64,000 bases of DNA from an uncultured Omnitrophica bacterium (GTDB lineage: Bacteria > Omnitrophota > Gorgyraeia > JACQQV01), in assembly GCA_947085655.1 (NCBI GenBank), contig CAMTXH010000010.1, forward strand, positions 18,015 through 82,014, given 5' to 3'. This document shows positions 10,376 through 19,234 of this stretch, in pieces. Numbering within the stretch: position 1 is the first letter of the stretch; every line of letters starts with the position of its first letter. The translations under genes and the position numbers were made by a program. The notes below the pieces were generated by a model that made no database searches, had not been told where the DNA came from, and saw only the letters and a list, made by a program, of their open reading frames with translations.

Positions 10376-10547
10376 ACTGTTGGGCGTTTTCCTCGTTCAT
10401 GGTTTTAATCTGTGCCTTGAGCCGTTGATACATATCAACCTGGGTCTTGCCGGTCCCATAGTCGATCACCTTCTGAGTTGTTTCTTCGGCCCCCTTGGAA
10501 CACCCAACGACGATGAAAAGCATCAGCACAATTCCTAGAATTTGCAT
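10365..10547 (-). CDS. small lipoprotein, 60 aa
   Basis: MQILGIVLMLFIVVGCSKG lipobox; ATG at 10545-10547 (ORF track uses an upstream TTG/ATG at 10589); low-GC region. Confidence 0.5.
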   Translation of the reverse strand: MQILGIVLMLFIVVGCSKGAEETTQKVIDYGTGKTQVDMYQRLKAQIKTMNEENAQQFDQ

Positions 10548-10548
10548 T

Positions 10549-10574
10549 ATGTATCGTGTCCCCGGAATTCCAAG
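10549..10574. repeat. 26-bp direct repeat copy 1 (ATTATGTatcGTGTCCCCGGAATTCC, followed by a second GAATTCC)
   Basis: 24/26 identical to 11221-11246; contains the palindrome GGAATTCC. Confidence 0.6.
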
Positions 10575-10585
10575 AATTCCTACGC

Positions 10586-11044
10586 TCATTTTTTCGACTT
10601 TGCCTTCCTCATTAACTTCGCAAGATCAAGCTTATCTTGAGGTCTTCCCGCTTCCTTTTTCGACTGTATCAGTTCAGAAAGTCCAAGGATGTAGATGGGT
10701 GTTTTGCCATACCGCGTCCTCACCTTGCTTTTCCATGCTTCTACTGCAGATACGCCTGGAAGGTTCATCATGATATCGACCCTAACTGGCGCCACCCCAA
10801 TTTGTAAAATCATCTTCGGCTCTGTAAAATCCTGGGGGCTTAGATCTCTCAGCGGGGCTCCGAATGTTTTCAACGCGTCATAAACTCGTTGGGCATCGTT
10901 GAGTGTGACCGGAATCCAGACATCCAAATCTTTCGTGAAACGAGGTTCCGCATAAAACGTAACGGCGTGAGCCCCCACAACGAGATATTTGATCTTAAAG
11001 GTGTTTAATGCTTTGAACAGATCTTCGTAGTCTCGGCTGACCAT
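10586..11044 (-). CDS. nucleotidyltransferase-fold protein (AbiEii/DUF6036-like), 152 aa
   Basis: YLVVGAHAVTFYAEPRFTKDLDVWI resembles the G-x-[AS]...R.T.D.D pattern of small nucleotidyltransferase / toxin-like proteins; overlaps its upstream partner by 50 nt. Confidence 0.45.
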   Translation of the reverse strand: MVSRDYEDLFKALNTFKIKYLVVGAHAVTFYAEPRFTKDLDVWIPVTLNDAQRVYDALKTFGAPLRDLSPQDFTEPKMILQIGVAPVRVDIMMNLPGVSAVEAWKSKVRTRYGKTPIYILGLSELIQSKKEAGRPQDKLDLAKLMRKAKSKK

Positions 11045-11192
11045 TTGGTTTTCCTCGAATCTTTAAGAAGTCACTGACCATGAGCCACATAGCAGAAAAC
11101 CTGGCTGTTGCACCCGCATGCTGCCAGAATCGAATGTCGAATTTTTCAGCTTCCCTGAAAGAGGTTGTCTTATGAGTTATGATTTTTTTCAT
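10995..11192 (-). CDS. small partner protein (SFxEAE...RxW motif family) of the nucleotidyltransferase gene, 65 aa
   Basis: MKKIITHKTTSFREAEKFDIRFWQHAGATARFSAMWLMVSDF...; the gene pair resembles common two-gene cassettes. Confidence 0.4.
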   Translation of the reverse strand: MKKIITHKTTSFREAEKFDIRFWQHAGATARFSAMWLMVSDFLKIRGKPNGQPRLRRSVQSIKHL

Positions 11193-11220
11193 TGCCTAGC
11201 CCTTTCTATATTCAGACAGA

Positions 11221-11246
11221 ATTATGTCTTGTGTCCCCGGAATTCC
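11221..11246. repeat. 26-bp direct repeat copy 2 (ATTATGTcttGTGTCCCCGGAATTCC)
   Basis: See 10549-10574; lies 30-55 nt upstream of the ATG of the small partner gene. Confidence 0.6.
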
Positions 11247-11311
11247 GCGGCCACCATCACTTACATCAATCCAATCCCCGCAACTCTTCGATCAATCATT
11301 TATCCCTCGGT

Positions 11312-11338
11312 CCAAAAATAGACCGTCCTCTATTTTTC
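11312..11338 (-). terminator. probable rho-independent terminator overlapping the methyltransferase stop codon
   Basis: mRNA AAAAAUAGA-ggacgg-UCUAUUUUU: 9-bp stem, 6-nt loop, U-rich 3' arm. Confidence 0.45.
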
Positions 11339-11974
11339 TATTTTTTTGAAAAGACAGTACAGAAATTCCTGAGTTGTATCAAAAGGTGTCTTGTGAATCT
11401 CCATAAAATGTTTCTCCAACCGAAAAACTCCTCCAAACTCTTTCTCCAGACTCTCGGAGGAATAACGAATAACCTCGAGGCCGCTGCATTTCAAGGGGCC
11501 GTTCGGCCCAAATGTCGCAATGAGGACATAACCCCCGCCTTTAAGAGATTTGCTGCAAGTATCAATGTATTTTTGCCTATCTTCACGTTTGGTCAGGAAA
11601 TGAAACACTGCCCGGTCATGCCAGAGGTCATAGTGGTCGGCCTGAAGATAAGTCTGCGTCACATCGGCTTCGATCCAGATGACCTGCTTTGCTTTACTTC
11701 CCAAGCGGCCTTTGGAAATTTTTAACGCTTCGGACGAAACGTCAAGAACCGTGATATTTTTATAGCCCTTTGCCAAAAGATCATCTGGTAGAGTCGATGC
11801 GCCCGCGCCTACATCAAGGATCTGGGCATCCGCTGAAAGGCCAAGCGATAAAAGGAGGTCGAGAGACTTCTCAAGATGCGGTTTATACCAACTTACCTCT
11901 TTTGGAGACTTTGTGTTGTAAATGTTCTCCCAATGGGTTTTCGGATCAAACATCATCTTTATTTTGAGCCGCAC
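11330..11974 (-). CDS. class I SAM-dependent methyltransferase (TPMT/TehB-like)
   Basis: HWENIYNTKSPKEVSWY N-terminus, LDVGAGAS motif I, YVLIATFGP; low-GC island. Confidence 0.65.
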   Translation of the reverse strand: MRLKIKMMFDPKTHWENIYNTKSPKEVSWYKPHLEKSLDLLLSLGLSADAQILDVGAGASTLPDDLLAKGYKNITVLDVSSEALKISKGRLGSKAKQVIWIEADVTQTYLQADHYDLWHDRAVFHFLTKREDRQKYIDTCSKSLKGGGYVLIATFGPNGPLKCSGLEVIRYSSESLEKEFGGVFRLEKHFMEIHKTPFDTTQEFLYCLFKKIEK

Positions 11975-12141
11975 TTTCCTTGTATACCGAACCTATTAAA
12001 GAGTTTTTCCAATAAACAGAATCCCGTTAACCCGGCAACGATCATCATCACGGCTACAAAATAGGCCAAGGGCTTAAAGAAAAGAAGGCCTATCAAGATA
12101 AGTATTCCATTGGTAATCCTCGTTAAGCTTATCGGAGACAT
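11959..12141 (-). CDS. DUF2892-like small membrane protein
   Basis: 60 aa with two TM helices (RITNGILILIGLLFF...VAVMMIVAGLTGFCLLEKLF); AGGAGGT SD. Confidence 0.5.
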   Translation of the reverse strand: MSPISLTRITNGILILIGLLFFKPLAYFVAVMMIVAGLTGFCLLEKLFNRFGIQGKCGSK

Positions 12142-12226
12142 GCGATTACCTCCTATTTCTATTTACCGCACGACGCGGTACGGATTCTTTTTCACTCCGC
12201 ATCCCACATTCCAAACTCCGAATTAA

Positions 12227-13516
12227 CTACACCCATCTTGGTATCCTCTCACCCCGCACCAAATCCTGTATGGTCTCGCGACGACGCACAATCTCAAAGC
12301 GGTTTCCGGAGACCAAAACCTCGGCCGCGCGGGGGCGCGAATTATAATTACTCGCCATCACAAAGCCGTAGGCCCCTGCGGCCAGGACGGCAAACGACTC
12401 CCCTTCAAAGAAAGTCGGCAGTTTCCTCTTCTTGGCAAGGAAATCCCCGCTTTCGCAGACAGGCCCGACCACATCGTAGGTCTCTTTTTGTCTTCCGTCC
12501 GATGCCTTGAGCGGCAGTATCTCATGATACGCCCCGTAGAGACTCGGCCGGATCAGGTCGTTCATGCCGGCATCCACAATCAGAAAGTTTTTCCCGCTCT
12601 GGCGCTTCACATAGATCACTCTGGAAAGCAACACACCGCTATTTCCCATGATGAAGCGTCCCGGCTCAAGAATGATCCGGAGTTTTCTCTTTCGAAGGAG
12701 CGGCAAAATCGCGCGCGCATACTCCTCGGGGGTCTGGGCCCTTTCGTTTGAATAGACGATGCCGAGTCCTCCCCCGATATTGAGCCAGTCAATCCGGATC
12801 CCGTTTTTCCGGAGATCTTCGATGAAGGAGACGGTCCTTCGGACAGCCGTCACAAAAGGTCTTGATTCAAGAATCTGGGAGCCGATATGGATATGGACCC
12901 CACGCAAAAGAAGATGCGGAAACGCCTCAAGGTGATAAAAAATCTTCCGCGCCTCGGTAAAGGTGATTCCGAATTTACTCTCGCTTTTGGCCGTCTGGAC
13001 ATAATGGTGTGTGAGGGCCTCCACTTCCGGGTTCAGGCGGAGTGCCACCCGGACCGTTTTTTCGAGAGCCCCGCCAATCTCCTCGATCCGGTCCAGTTCC
13101 GGAAGAGACTCCACATTGAGACAGAAAATTCCCTTTTGAATCGCAGTCCGGATCTCTGCATCGGTCTTTCCGACGCTTGCAAAGACGATTTTCTTCGGGT
13201 CTGCCCCGATTTTGAGGGCCCGGTAGAGCTCTCCCCCTGAGACCACATCAAATCCGGAGCCGGCCCTTGCCAGGGTCTTCAAGACCGCAAGGTTTGAATT
13301 CGATTTCACCGAAAAACAGACGAGGGGATTCAAGGACGAGAGCGCTCTTTTCAGTTTCCGGTAATGCTCAAGGATTGTCTTTTTGCTATAGACATAGACC
13401 GGCGTCCCGACCTCCCTTGCAATTTTCTCAAGGGGGACGTTTTCACAGTAAAGATTACCGCTTCGGTAGCGGATTTCGTGGCGGTAAAGTTTTACCGGGA
13501 GAACTTTCTTTCCCAT
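12227..13516 (-). CDS. lysA: diaminopimelate decarboxylase
   Basis: YVYSKKTILEHYRKL...CFSVKSNSNLAVLKTLA...GFDVVSGGEL...HIGSQ. Confidence 0.9.
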   Translation of the reverse strand: MGKKVLPVKLYRHEIRYRSGNLYCENVPLEKIAREVGTPVYVYSKKTILEHYRKLKRALSSLNPLVCFSVKSNSNLAVLKTLARAGSGFDVVSGGELYRALKIGADPKKIVFASVGKTDAEIRTAIQKGIFCLNVESLPELDRIEEIGGALEKTVRVALRLNPEVEALTHHYVQTAKSESKFGITFTEARKIFYHLEAFPHLLLRGVHIHIGSQILESRPFVTAVRRTVSFIEDLRKNGIRIDWLNIGGGLGIVYSNERAQTPEEYARAILPLLRKRKLRIILEPGRFIMGNSGVLLSRVIYVKRQSGKNFLIVDAGMNDLIRPSLYGAYHEILPLKASDGRQKETYDVVGPVCESGDFLAKKRKLPTFFEGESFAVLAAGAYGFVMASNYNSRPRAAEVLVSGNRFEIVRRRETIQDLVRGERIPRWV

Positions 13517-14871
13517 CGCTTGATCGCCTTTCGAACCTCCTGAACGCCGGTTCCACCGGAAGACCTTTTCCCGGCGACCGACGCCTCCGCCGACAAAAGT
13601 TTCAACACATCCTTTTCAAACCGGGGGGAGAACCGCTTCAGTTCCAAGAGACTCAACGTATCGAGCCGTCTTCCTTTTTCGTTTAAAAACCGGAGGAGTT
13701 TCCCAACCCCTTCATGGGATTGCCGGAAAGGGGCCCCTTTTCTCACAAGATACTCCGCAAGGTCTGTTGCCAAAAGCCCGTCATCATCCAGATGGGCCTG
13801 AATTGCCCATTCCCGGATCTCGAGCGTTTCAAAAAACCGGGGAAAAAGGGCTAGAATCTGCCGGATCCGGCTCATCGCTTTCATGAGGGGGGCTTTGTCA
13901 AGTTGCATATCCCGGTTATAGGAAAGGGGGAGCCCTTTCATCACGGTCAAAACCATCATCAAATTGCCATAGACCCGTCCGGTTTCCCCCCTCACCAATT
14001 CCAGAAAATCGGGATTTTTCTTCTGGGGCATCTGACTTGAGCCGGTGCAAAATGACTCGTCAATCGTGATGAAGTTGAACTCCTCGGTGCTCCAGATAAC
14101 AAGTTCCTCCGAAAGCCGGGAGAGGTGCATCGCCAGAATCGAAAAAGCGCTCAAAAGTTCAAGGATATAATCCCGGTCGCTTACCGCATCAATCGAATTC
14201 TCCGAAACTCTGGAAAACCCAAGTTCCCTTGCCACAAAATCCCGGTCGAGTTTGAAACTGCTCCCGGCAATCGCTCCCGAGCCGAGCGGCAGGACATCGA
14301 TTCTTTTGAGTGCTCCTTCCAGCCGCTCTTTGTCCCTTTCAAACATCTCGCAGTAGGCAAGAATGTGGTGCGGAAGGAGTACCGCTTGCGCATGCTGAAG
14401 ATGGGTGTAGCCGGGAATCACCACCTCCTCATTTTTCTTGGCAAACTGAAGGAGCGATTTCTGAAACATCCAAAGATGCTTCAGAATCGCTATAACCCAC
14501 CGCCTGCAGTAAAGCCGCATGCCGAGAGTCACCTGGTCGTTCCGGGACCGGGCGGTATGGAGTTTGCCGGCGAGTTTCCCGAGTTTCCGTGAAAGAAGAC
14601 CCTCCACAAAGGTGTGAATATCCTCCGCTTTCCTGTCGTATTTCAGATTTCCCCGGAGATACGCATCCGAAAGCCGGGTGAGTTCCCTCACAAGCCGCTC
14701 CGTCTCTGTTTTCGAAAGGAGTTTCACCCGCCCCAGCATCTTCGCATGGGCAATGCTTCCCTGAATGTCATCCGGGAGGAGTGCTTCATCCACGGATGGC
14801 TGCCTTGAGAACTGCTCAAAAAGCGGATCTGTTTTTTTCCGGAATCTTCCGCCCCATAGTTTTTTCATCAT
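13492..14871 (-). CDS. argH: argininosuccinate lyase
   Basis: KLWGGRF...HTARSRNDQV...fumarate-lyase signature GSSQMPQKKNPD. Confidence 0.92.
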   Translation of the reverse strand: MMKKLWGGRFRKKTDPLFEQFSRQPSVDEALLPDDIQGSIAHAKMLGRVKLLSKTETERLVRELTRLSDAYLRGNLKYDRKAEDIHTFVEGLLSRKLGKLAGKLHTARSRNDQVTLGMRLYCRRWVIAILKHLWMFQKSLLQFAKKNEEVVIPGYTHLQHAQAVLLPHHILAYCEMFERDKERLEGALKRIDVLPLGSGAIAGSSFKLDRDFVARELGFSRVSENSIDAVSDRDYILELLSAFSILAMHLSRLSEELVIWSTEEFNFITIDESFCTGSSQMPQKKNPDFLELVRGETGRVYGNLMMVLTVMKGLPLSYNRDMQLDKAPLMKAMSRIRQILALFPRFFETLEIREWAIQAHLDDDGLLATDLAEYLVRKGAPFRQSHEGVGKLLRFLNEKGRRLDTLSLLELKRFSPRFEKDVLKLLSAEASVAGKRSSGGTGVQEVRKAIKRWERKFSR

Positions 14872-15003
14872 CTATCCTTATCTGTGTGCGTGAAACTGTT
14901 CGCGAGTGGTTCTGTGAGCCGCATGTTGCGAGGCCGAGCATCAAGCGCAGCGACCCTCGCTGGGGGTCGCAAGCGGTGCGGCGAACAGACCACGAGCGAA
15001 CAG

Positions 15004-16188
15004 TTACTTGTGCCCGCGATACGGCAATCCCCACACTTTGATAAACCCTTCCGCAATCTTCCGATCGAAAGCATCTTTCTTCCCGTAGGTCGCAAGAGAC
15101 TTTTGGTAGAGCGAATAAGGAGATCTTCTCCCGACCGCGGTTGCATTTCCCTTGAAAAGTTTCACCCGGACTTCCCCTGTCACTCGCTCTGACGCCGCAT
15201 CCACAAACTCATCGAGTGCCGTTTTAAGAGGGGTAAACCAGAGACCGTCGTACACCAGCTCCGCATACCGCTCGGCGATGAGCCGCTTGTAATGGAAAAG
15301 GTTCCGGTCCAGGGTGAGGTTTTCAAGCGCCTCATGGGCCAGAGATAAAATCGCTGCGGCCGGTGCTTCGTAAATTTCCCGGCTTTTGATGCCGACAAGC
15401 CGGTTTTCAACAAGGTCGCTCCGTCCGACGCCATGTCTTCCCCCCAGTCGGTCAAGCCGCGAGATCAAAGTCAGAGGATCGGTTCTTTTTCCGTTCAGTC
15501 CGACCGGGATCCCTTTTTGAAATTGAATCGTCACACTCTGCGGATTGCCGGGGGCTTTCTTCGGGTCTTTCGTCAGTTTGTAAACTTCAGAAGGCGGCTC
15601 CGCCCACGGATCCTCAAGCCGGCCCGCCTCGATGCTCCTTCCCCAGAGGTTTTCATCAATCGAATAAAGTTTCCCGGCGCCGAATTCAAGCGGGATTCTT
15701 TTTCTTCTGGCGTAGGCGACTTCTTCCTCTCTTGAAGTAAGACTCCACTCCCGTAGGGGAGCGATCACGCCAAGGTCCGGCGCAAGGGCTGCCACAGAGA
15801 CTTCAAACCGGACCTGGTCGTTTCCTTTCCCGGTGCATCCGTGCGCAATAAAGGAAGCGTTCTCCTTACGGGCTACTCCGACAAGTGCCTTTGCGATGAG
15901 GGGCCTTGAAAGGGCGGTTGCCAGATAATATTTCGACTCATAGACCGCCCCCGCCTTAAGAGTCGGAAAGATAAAGTCCCGGACAAATTCCCTCCGGAGG
16001 TCCTGAATGGCGATTTTAAGGGCGCCGCTTGACTTTGCTCTTTTCCGGAGCAGGGGCGGATTCACTCCCTGACCGATATCGGCTGAAAAGCAGACAACAT
16101 CAAGATTTTTCTCTTCGGCCAGCCATTTGACGCAGACCGAGGTGTCGAGCCCCCCTGAATAAGCTAAAACCACTTTTTTTCGTTTCAT
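15004..16188 (-). CDS. argG: argininosuccinate synthase
   Basis: VVLAYSGGLDTSVCVKWL, citrulline/ATP-binding blocks. Confidence 0.92.
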   Translation of the reverse strand: MKRKKVVLAYSGGLDTSVCVKWLAEEKNLDVVCFSADIGQGVNPPLLRKRAKSSGALKIAIQDLRREFVRDFIFPTLKAGAVYESKYYLATALSRPLIAKALVGVARKENASFIAHGCTGKGNDQVRFEVSVAALAPDLGVIAPLREWSLTSREEEVAYARRKRIPLEFGAGKLYSIDENLWGRSIEAGRLEDPWAEPPSEVYKLTKDPKKAPGNPQSVTIQFQKGIPVGLNGKRTDPLTLISRLDRLGGRHGVGRSDLVENRLVGIKSREIYEAPAAAILSLAHEALENLTLDRNLFHYKRLIAERYAELVYDGLWFTPLKTALDEFVDAASERVTGEVRVKLFKGNATAVGRRSPYSLYQKSLATYGKKDAFDRKIAEGFIKVWGLPYRGHK

Positions 16189-16293
16189 TTATCACCTAAT
16201 CAGCCTCGGGGTCCTGCCGCGGCGACTTTCCCGCCATGCTCGCTCCCGCTGCGCGTGGCGGGAGCCCTTGTCGCCGCGTCACCCCTCGGCTGT

Positions 16294-17208
16294 CTATGCT
16301 CTGCTACTCAATAGTGTCGCCAAAATGGCCTTCTGCACATGCAGCCGGTTCTCCGCCTGATCCCAGATGGCCGATTGCCTCCCCTCCAAAACACCCTCTG
16401 TTACCTCTTCCCCCCGGTGGGCCGGAAGACAGTGCATGAAAAAGGCACTCGATTTTGCCTGCTTCATCAATGCTTCATTTACCTGATACCCCCGGAACGC
16501 CTTCCGCCTTGCATTTTTCTCCCCTTCCTGCCCCATGCTGGTCCAGACATCGGTATAGACAATATCCGCCCCCCGGACCGCCTGTTTCGGGTCATGACCC
16601 AGGGAAATTCGGGCGCCGGTTTTCCGTCTCATCCGGTTCGTCTCTTTGACCACCTCGCCGTTTGGGGCGTACCGCTTCGGCGTCGCCGCCGAAAGATCCG
16701 CCCCGACAAGGGCAACGCCGTGAAGGAGGGAATGGAGTACATTGTTCCCGTCGCCGACATAAGCGATCTTCACTTTTTTAAGCCGTCCGAAAATCTGCCG
16801 GATCGTGTAAAGGTCGGCGAGCGCCTGACAGGGATGTTCCCGGTCGCTCAAGCCGTTAATGACCGGAATAGAGGCGTATCGGCCGAGGGTCTCGATATCT
16901 TCGTGTGAAAAGGTCCTTGCCACAATCCCGTCCACATACCGGGAAAGTCCCTGCGCAATGTCCGGAACCGTCTCCCGGATTCCCAATTGAATCCCTTCCG
17001 GCCCAAGGTAAATCGCCGCTCCCCCTAGTTGCAACATCCCAACCTCAAAAGAGACCCGGGTCCGCATGGAGGGCTTTTGAAAAACAAGGGCAAGCGTTTT
17101 TCCTTTAAGCGGAGTTCCCCGGCTCTTTTTCAGCCGGTCCGCCTCTTCAAAAAGCCGCTCTACTTGGATCGGCGAAAGATCCTTGAGTGAGACAAAATCC
17201 CTTTTCAT
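16294..17208 (-). CDS. argF: ornithine carbamoyltransferase
   Basis: start set at MKRDFVSLKDL (GGAGAT SD; ATGA overlap with argD stop); STRTR-type SMRTRVSFE; HPCQALADL; HCLP. Confidence 0.88.
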   Translation of the reverse strand: MKRDFVSLKDLSPIQVERLFEEADRLKKSRGTPLKGKTLALVFQKPSMRTRVSFEVGMLQLGGAAIYLGPEGIQLGIRETVPDIAQGLSRYVDGIVARTFSHEDIETLGRYASIPVINGLSDREHPCQALADLYTIRQIFGRLKKVKIAYVGDGNNVLHSLLHGVALVGADLSAATPKRYAPNGEVVKETNRMRRKTGARISLGHDPKQAVRGADIVYTDVWTSMGQEGEKNARRKAFRGYQVNEALMKQAKSSAFFMHCLPAHRGEEVTEGVLEGRQSAIWDQAENRLHVQKAILATLLSSRA

Positions 17209-18386
17209 GAAATCTCCTTCAAGACCGCCTCGATCTTTCCAAGTGCCTCCTCGATCTCTTTTTTCGTGGCGGTCAAAGGCGGCATCACCCGGATCACCCG
17301 CTCCTGCGTGCAATTCAAAAGAAGTCCCCGCGAAAGACATTTCTCGACAAACGGGTTTCCGTCCTTGGTCAGTTCCATTCCGATCATGAACCCTTTTCCC
17401 CGCACTTCTCGGATCACCGGGTATTTTTTCTTGAGTGCTTCAAGCTGCTCAAAGAGAAACTGGCTGAGCCGGTTCACCTGAGTGAGGAGTTTTTTCTTCT
17501 GAATCATTTCAAAAACCGCAAGCGCTGCGCCGCAGACAAGCGGACTCCCTCCGAAAGTGGCCGCATGCCGACCCGGGCCCAGGAGGTTCACAAAAGGTTT
17601 CCGGACCACCGTCGCTCCGATCGGAAGTCCCCCGCCGAGTGATTTGGCAAGGGTCATCACATCCGGCACCACCCCTTCATGCTGATAGCAGAAAAGTTTC
17701 CCGGTTCTTCCGATTCCGGTCTGCACCTCGTCAAAAACAAGGAGAATCTTTTTTTCGTCGCAGAGTTTCCGAAGCCCCCGGATAAACTCGGAAGAGGCAG
17801 CATGAATTCCCCCCTCTCCTTGAATCAGCTCAAGAAAAATCGCGATCGTCTCTTTGCGGATCCCCTTTTCCACCGCCTCAAGGTCATTCAAAGGGAGTTC
17901 CCGGAATCCTTCCGGAAGCGGGCCGAACCCTTCCTTATATTTCGCCTGACCGGTGAGGGCCACCGTTGCTAAAGTTCTTCCGTGAAACGACCCCTGCATG
18001 GAGAGAATCTCGTATCGGGCCGGATGGCCGTAGGCCCGCGCCAGTTTGATCGCCGCCTCGTTCGCCTCGGCGCCGCTATTGGCAAAAAAGACCGCTCCTT
18101 CAAAAGAGGATTCCACGATCCGCTTGGCCAGTTTCACCTGAACGGGGTTGTAATAATTGTTCGAGACATGGAGGATCCGTCTGGCCTGGGTCTGCACCGC
18201 CCGGACCACCGGCGGAGGACAATGCCCAAGCCCGCTCACCCCCCATCCCGGAAAAAAATCAAGATAGACCTTCCCGTGAATATCCCACACTCGGGATCCC
18301 TTTCCCTTGGTCAAGACCAAAGGGGTCCGCCGGTAATTCGGAAGAAGGTATTCTTTCTCAAGTTCTATGACGTCGGATGCCTTCAT
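17205..18386 (-). CDS. argD: acetylornithine aminotransferase
   Basis: class III aminotransferase; GKVYLDF...NSGAEANEAAIKLAR...DEVQTGIGRTG. Confidence 0.9.
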   Translation of the reverse strand: MKASDVIELEKEYLLPNYRRTPLVLTKGKGSRVWDIHGKVYLDFFPGWGVSGLGHCPPPVVRAVQTQARRILHVSNNYYNPVQVKLAKRIVESSFEGAVFFANSGAEANEAAIKLARAYGHPARYEILSMQGSFHGRTLATVALTGQAKYKEGFGPLPEGFRELPLNDLEAVEKGIRKETIAIFLELIQGEGGIHAASSEFIRGLRKLCDEKKILLVFDEVQTGIGRTGKLFCYQHEGVVPDVMTLAKSLGGGLPIGATVVRKPFVNLLGPGRHAATFGGSPLVCGAALAVFEMIQKKKLLTQVNRLSQFLFEQLEALKKKYPVIREVRGKGFMIGMELTKDGNPFVEKCLSRGLLLNCTQERVIRVMPPLTATKKEIEEALGKIEAVLKEIS

Positions 18387-19234
18387 TTCACAATCTCGGT
18401 TCCGATTCCCTTTTCGGTGAAAATCTCCAGAAGGAGCGCCCGCGGAAAACTTCCGCTGATGATGTGCACCTTCTTCACGCCCTTGGAAAGGGCATGCACC
18501 GCTGCCCGGGTCTTCGGAATCATCCCATGTTCCACAATCCGCTTGGAAATCAGCCGCTCCACTTCCGGAACCCGGATCGTTGGGATCCGGCTTTCCGGAT
18601 TCTTCTGGTCCCGGAGGATGCCGTTCGTATCGGTGAAAAAAACAAGTTTTTCTGCCTGCATCGCCTCGGCCATTTTGGTTGCTGCCTCATCCGCATTCAC
18701 GTTATAAAGCTGTCCATCCCTCCACCGCGAGATCGGAGAAACCACCGGAACGACTCCCTGCCGCAGAAGTTTCCGCAAAGGGGAAACATTCACCTGGGTA
18801 ATCTCGCCGACATAGCCGAGTGTTCCGGTCGGCTCCGGTCTTATTTTGAAAAGCCCGTCCTTCCCGTGAAACCCCTGAGCATGTCCTTCCAACTCTTCCC
18901 GGATTTCCCGGACCAGTTGCCGGTTGAGATCACTTAAAACTTCATCCACCACCCGGATCACCCGCTCGTCTGTCATCCGCCTTCCTTCGATAAACCTGGC
19001 TCTCTCGCCCCGCTCCTCGAGTTTCGCGGTGATGTGGGGACCTCCGCCGTGCACCAGAACCGGACAGATTCCGACGGAGGAAAGAAAAACCACATCCTGG
19101 AGGATGGAGCGTTTTCCTTTATCACTCATAATCGCCCTTCCCCCGTATTTGATCACAAAGACCTTCCCCCGGAAGGCCCGGAGATACGGAAGCGCTTCGA
19201 TCAGAATGTCCGCTTTTTCGATAATCCTTCTCAT
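18383..19234 (-). CDS. argB: acetylglutamate kinase
   Basis: FVIKYGGRAIM...VLVHGGGPHI. Confidence 0.9.
   Translation of the reverse strand: MRRIIEKADILIEALPYLRAFRGKVFVIKYGGRAIMSDKGKRSILQDVVFLSSVGICPVLVHGGGPHITAKLEERGERARFIEGRRMTDERVIRVVDEVLSDLNRQLVREIREELEGHAQGFHGKDGLFKIRPEPTGTLGYVGEITQVNVSPLRKLLRQGVVPVVSPISRWRDGQLYNVNADEAATKMAEAMQAEKLVFFTDTNGILRDQKNPESRIPTIRVPEVERLISKRIVEHGMIPKTRAAVHALSKGVKKVHIISGSFPRALLLEIFTEKGIGTEIVK

Noticed and set aside
10586-11192. Possibility that the 65-aa and 152-aa ORFs are one frameshifted gene
   Set aside because: The 65-aa product looks like a complete small domain ending in an RLRRSVQSIKHL-type C-terminus. A 50-nt overlap in different frames is typical of toxin/antitoxin-like pairs. 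Kept as two genes with low confidence.
16294-17340. 44-aa N-terminal extension of argF in the ORF track
   Set aside because: Overlaps the argD C-terminus. The canonical OTCase start MKRDFVSLKDL has an SD and ATGA coupling.
17982-18707. 241-aa plus-strand ORF
   Set aside because: Antisense to clearly homologous argD/argB on the minus strand; no recognisable motifs. Typical high-GC antisense open frame.
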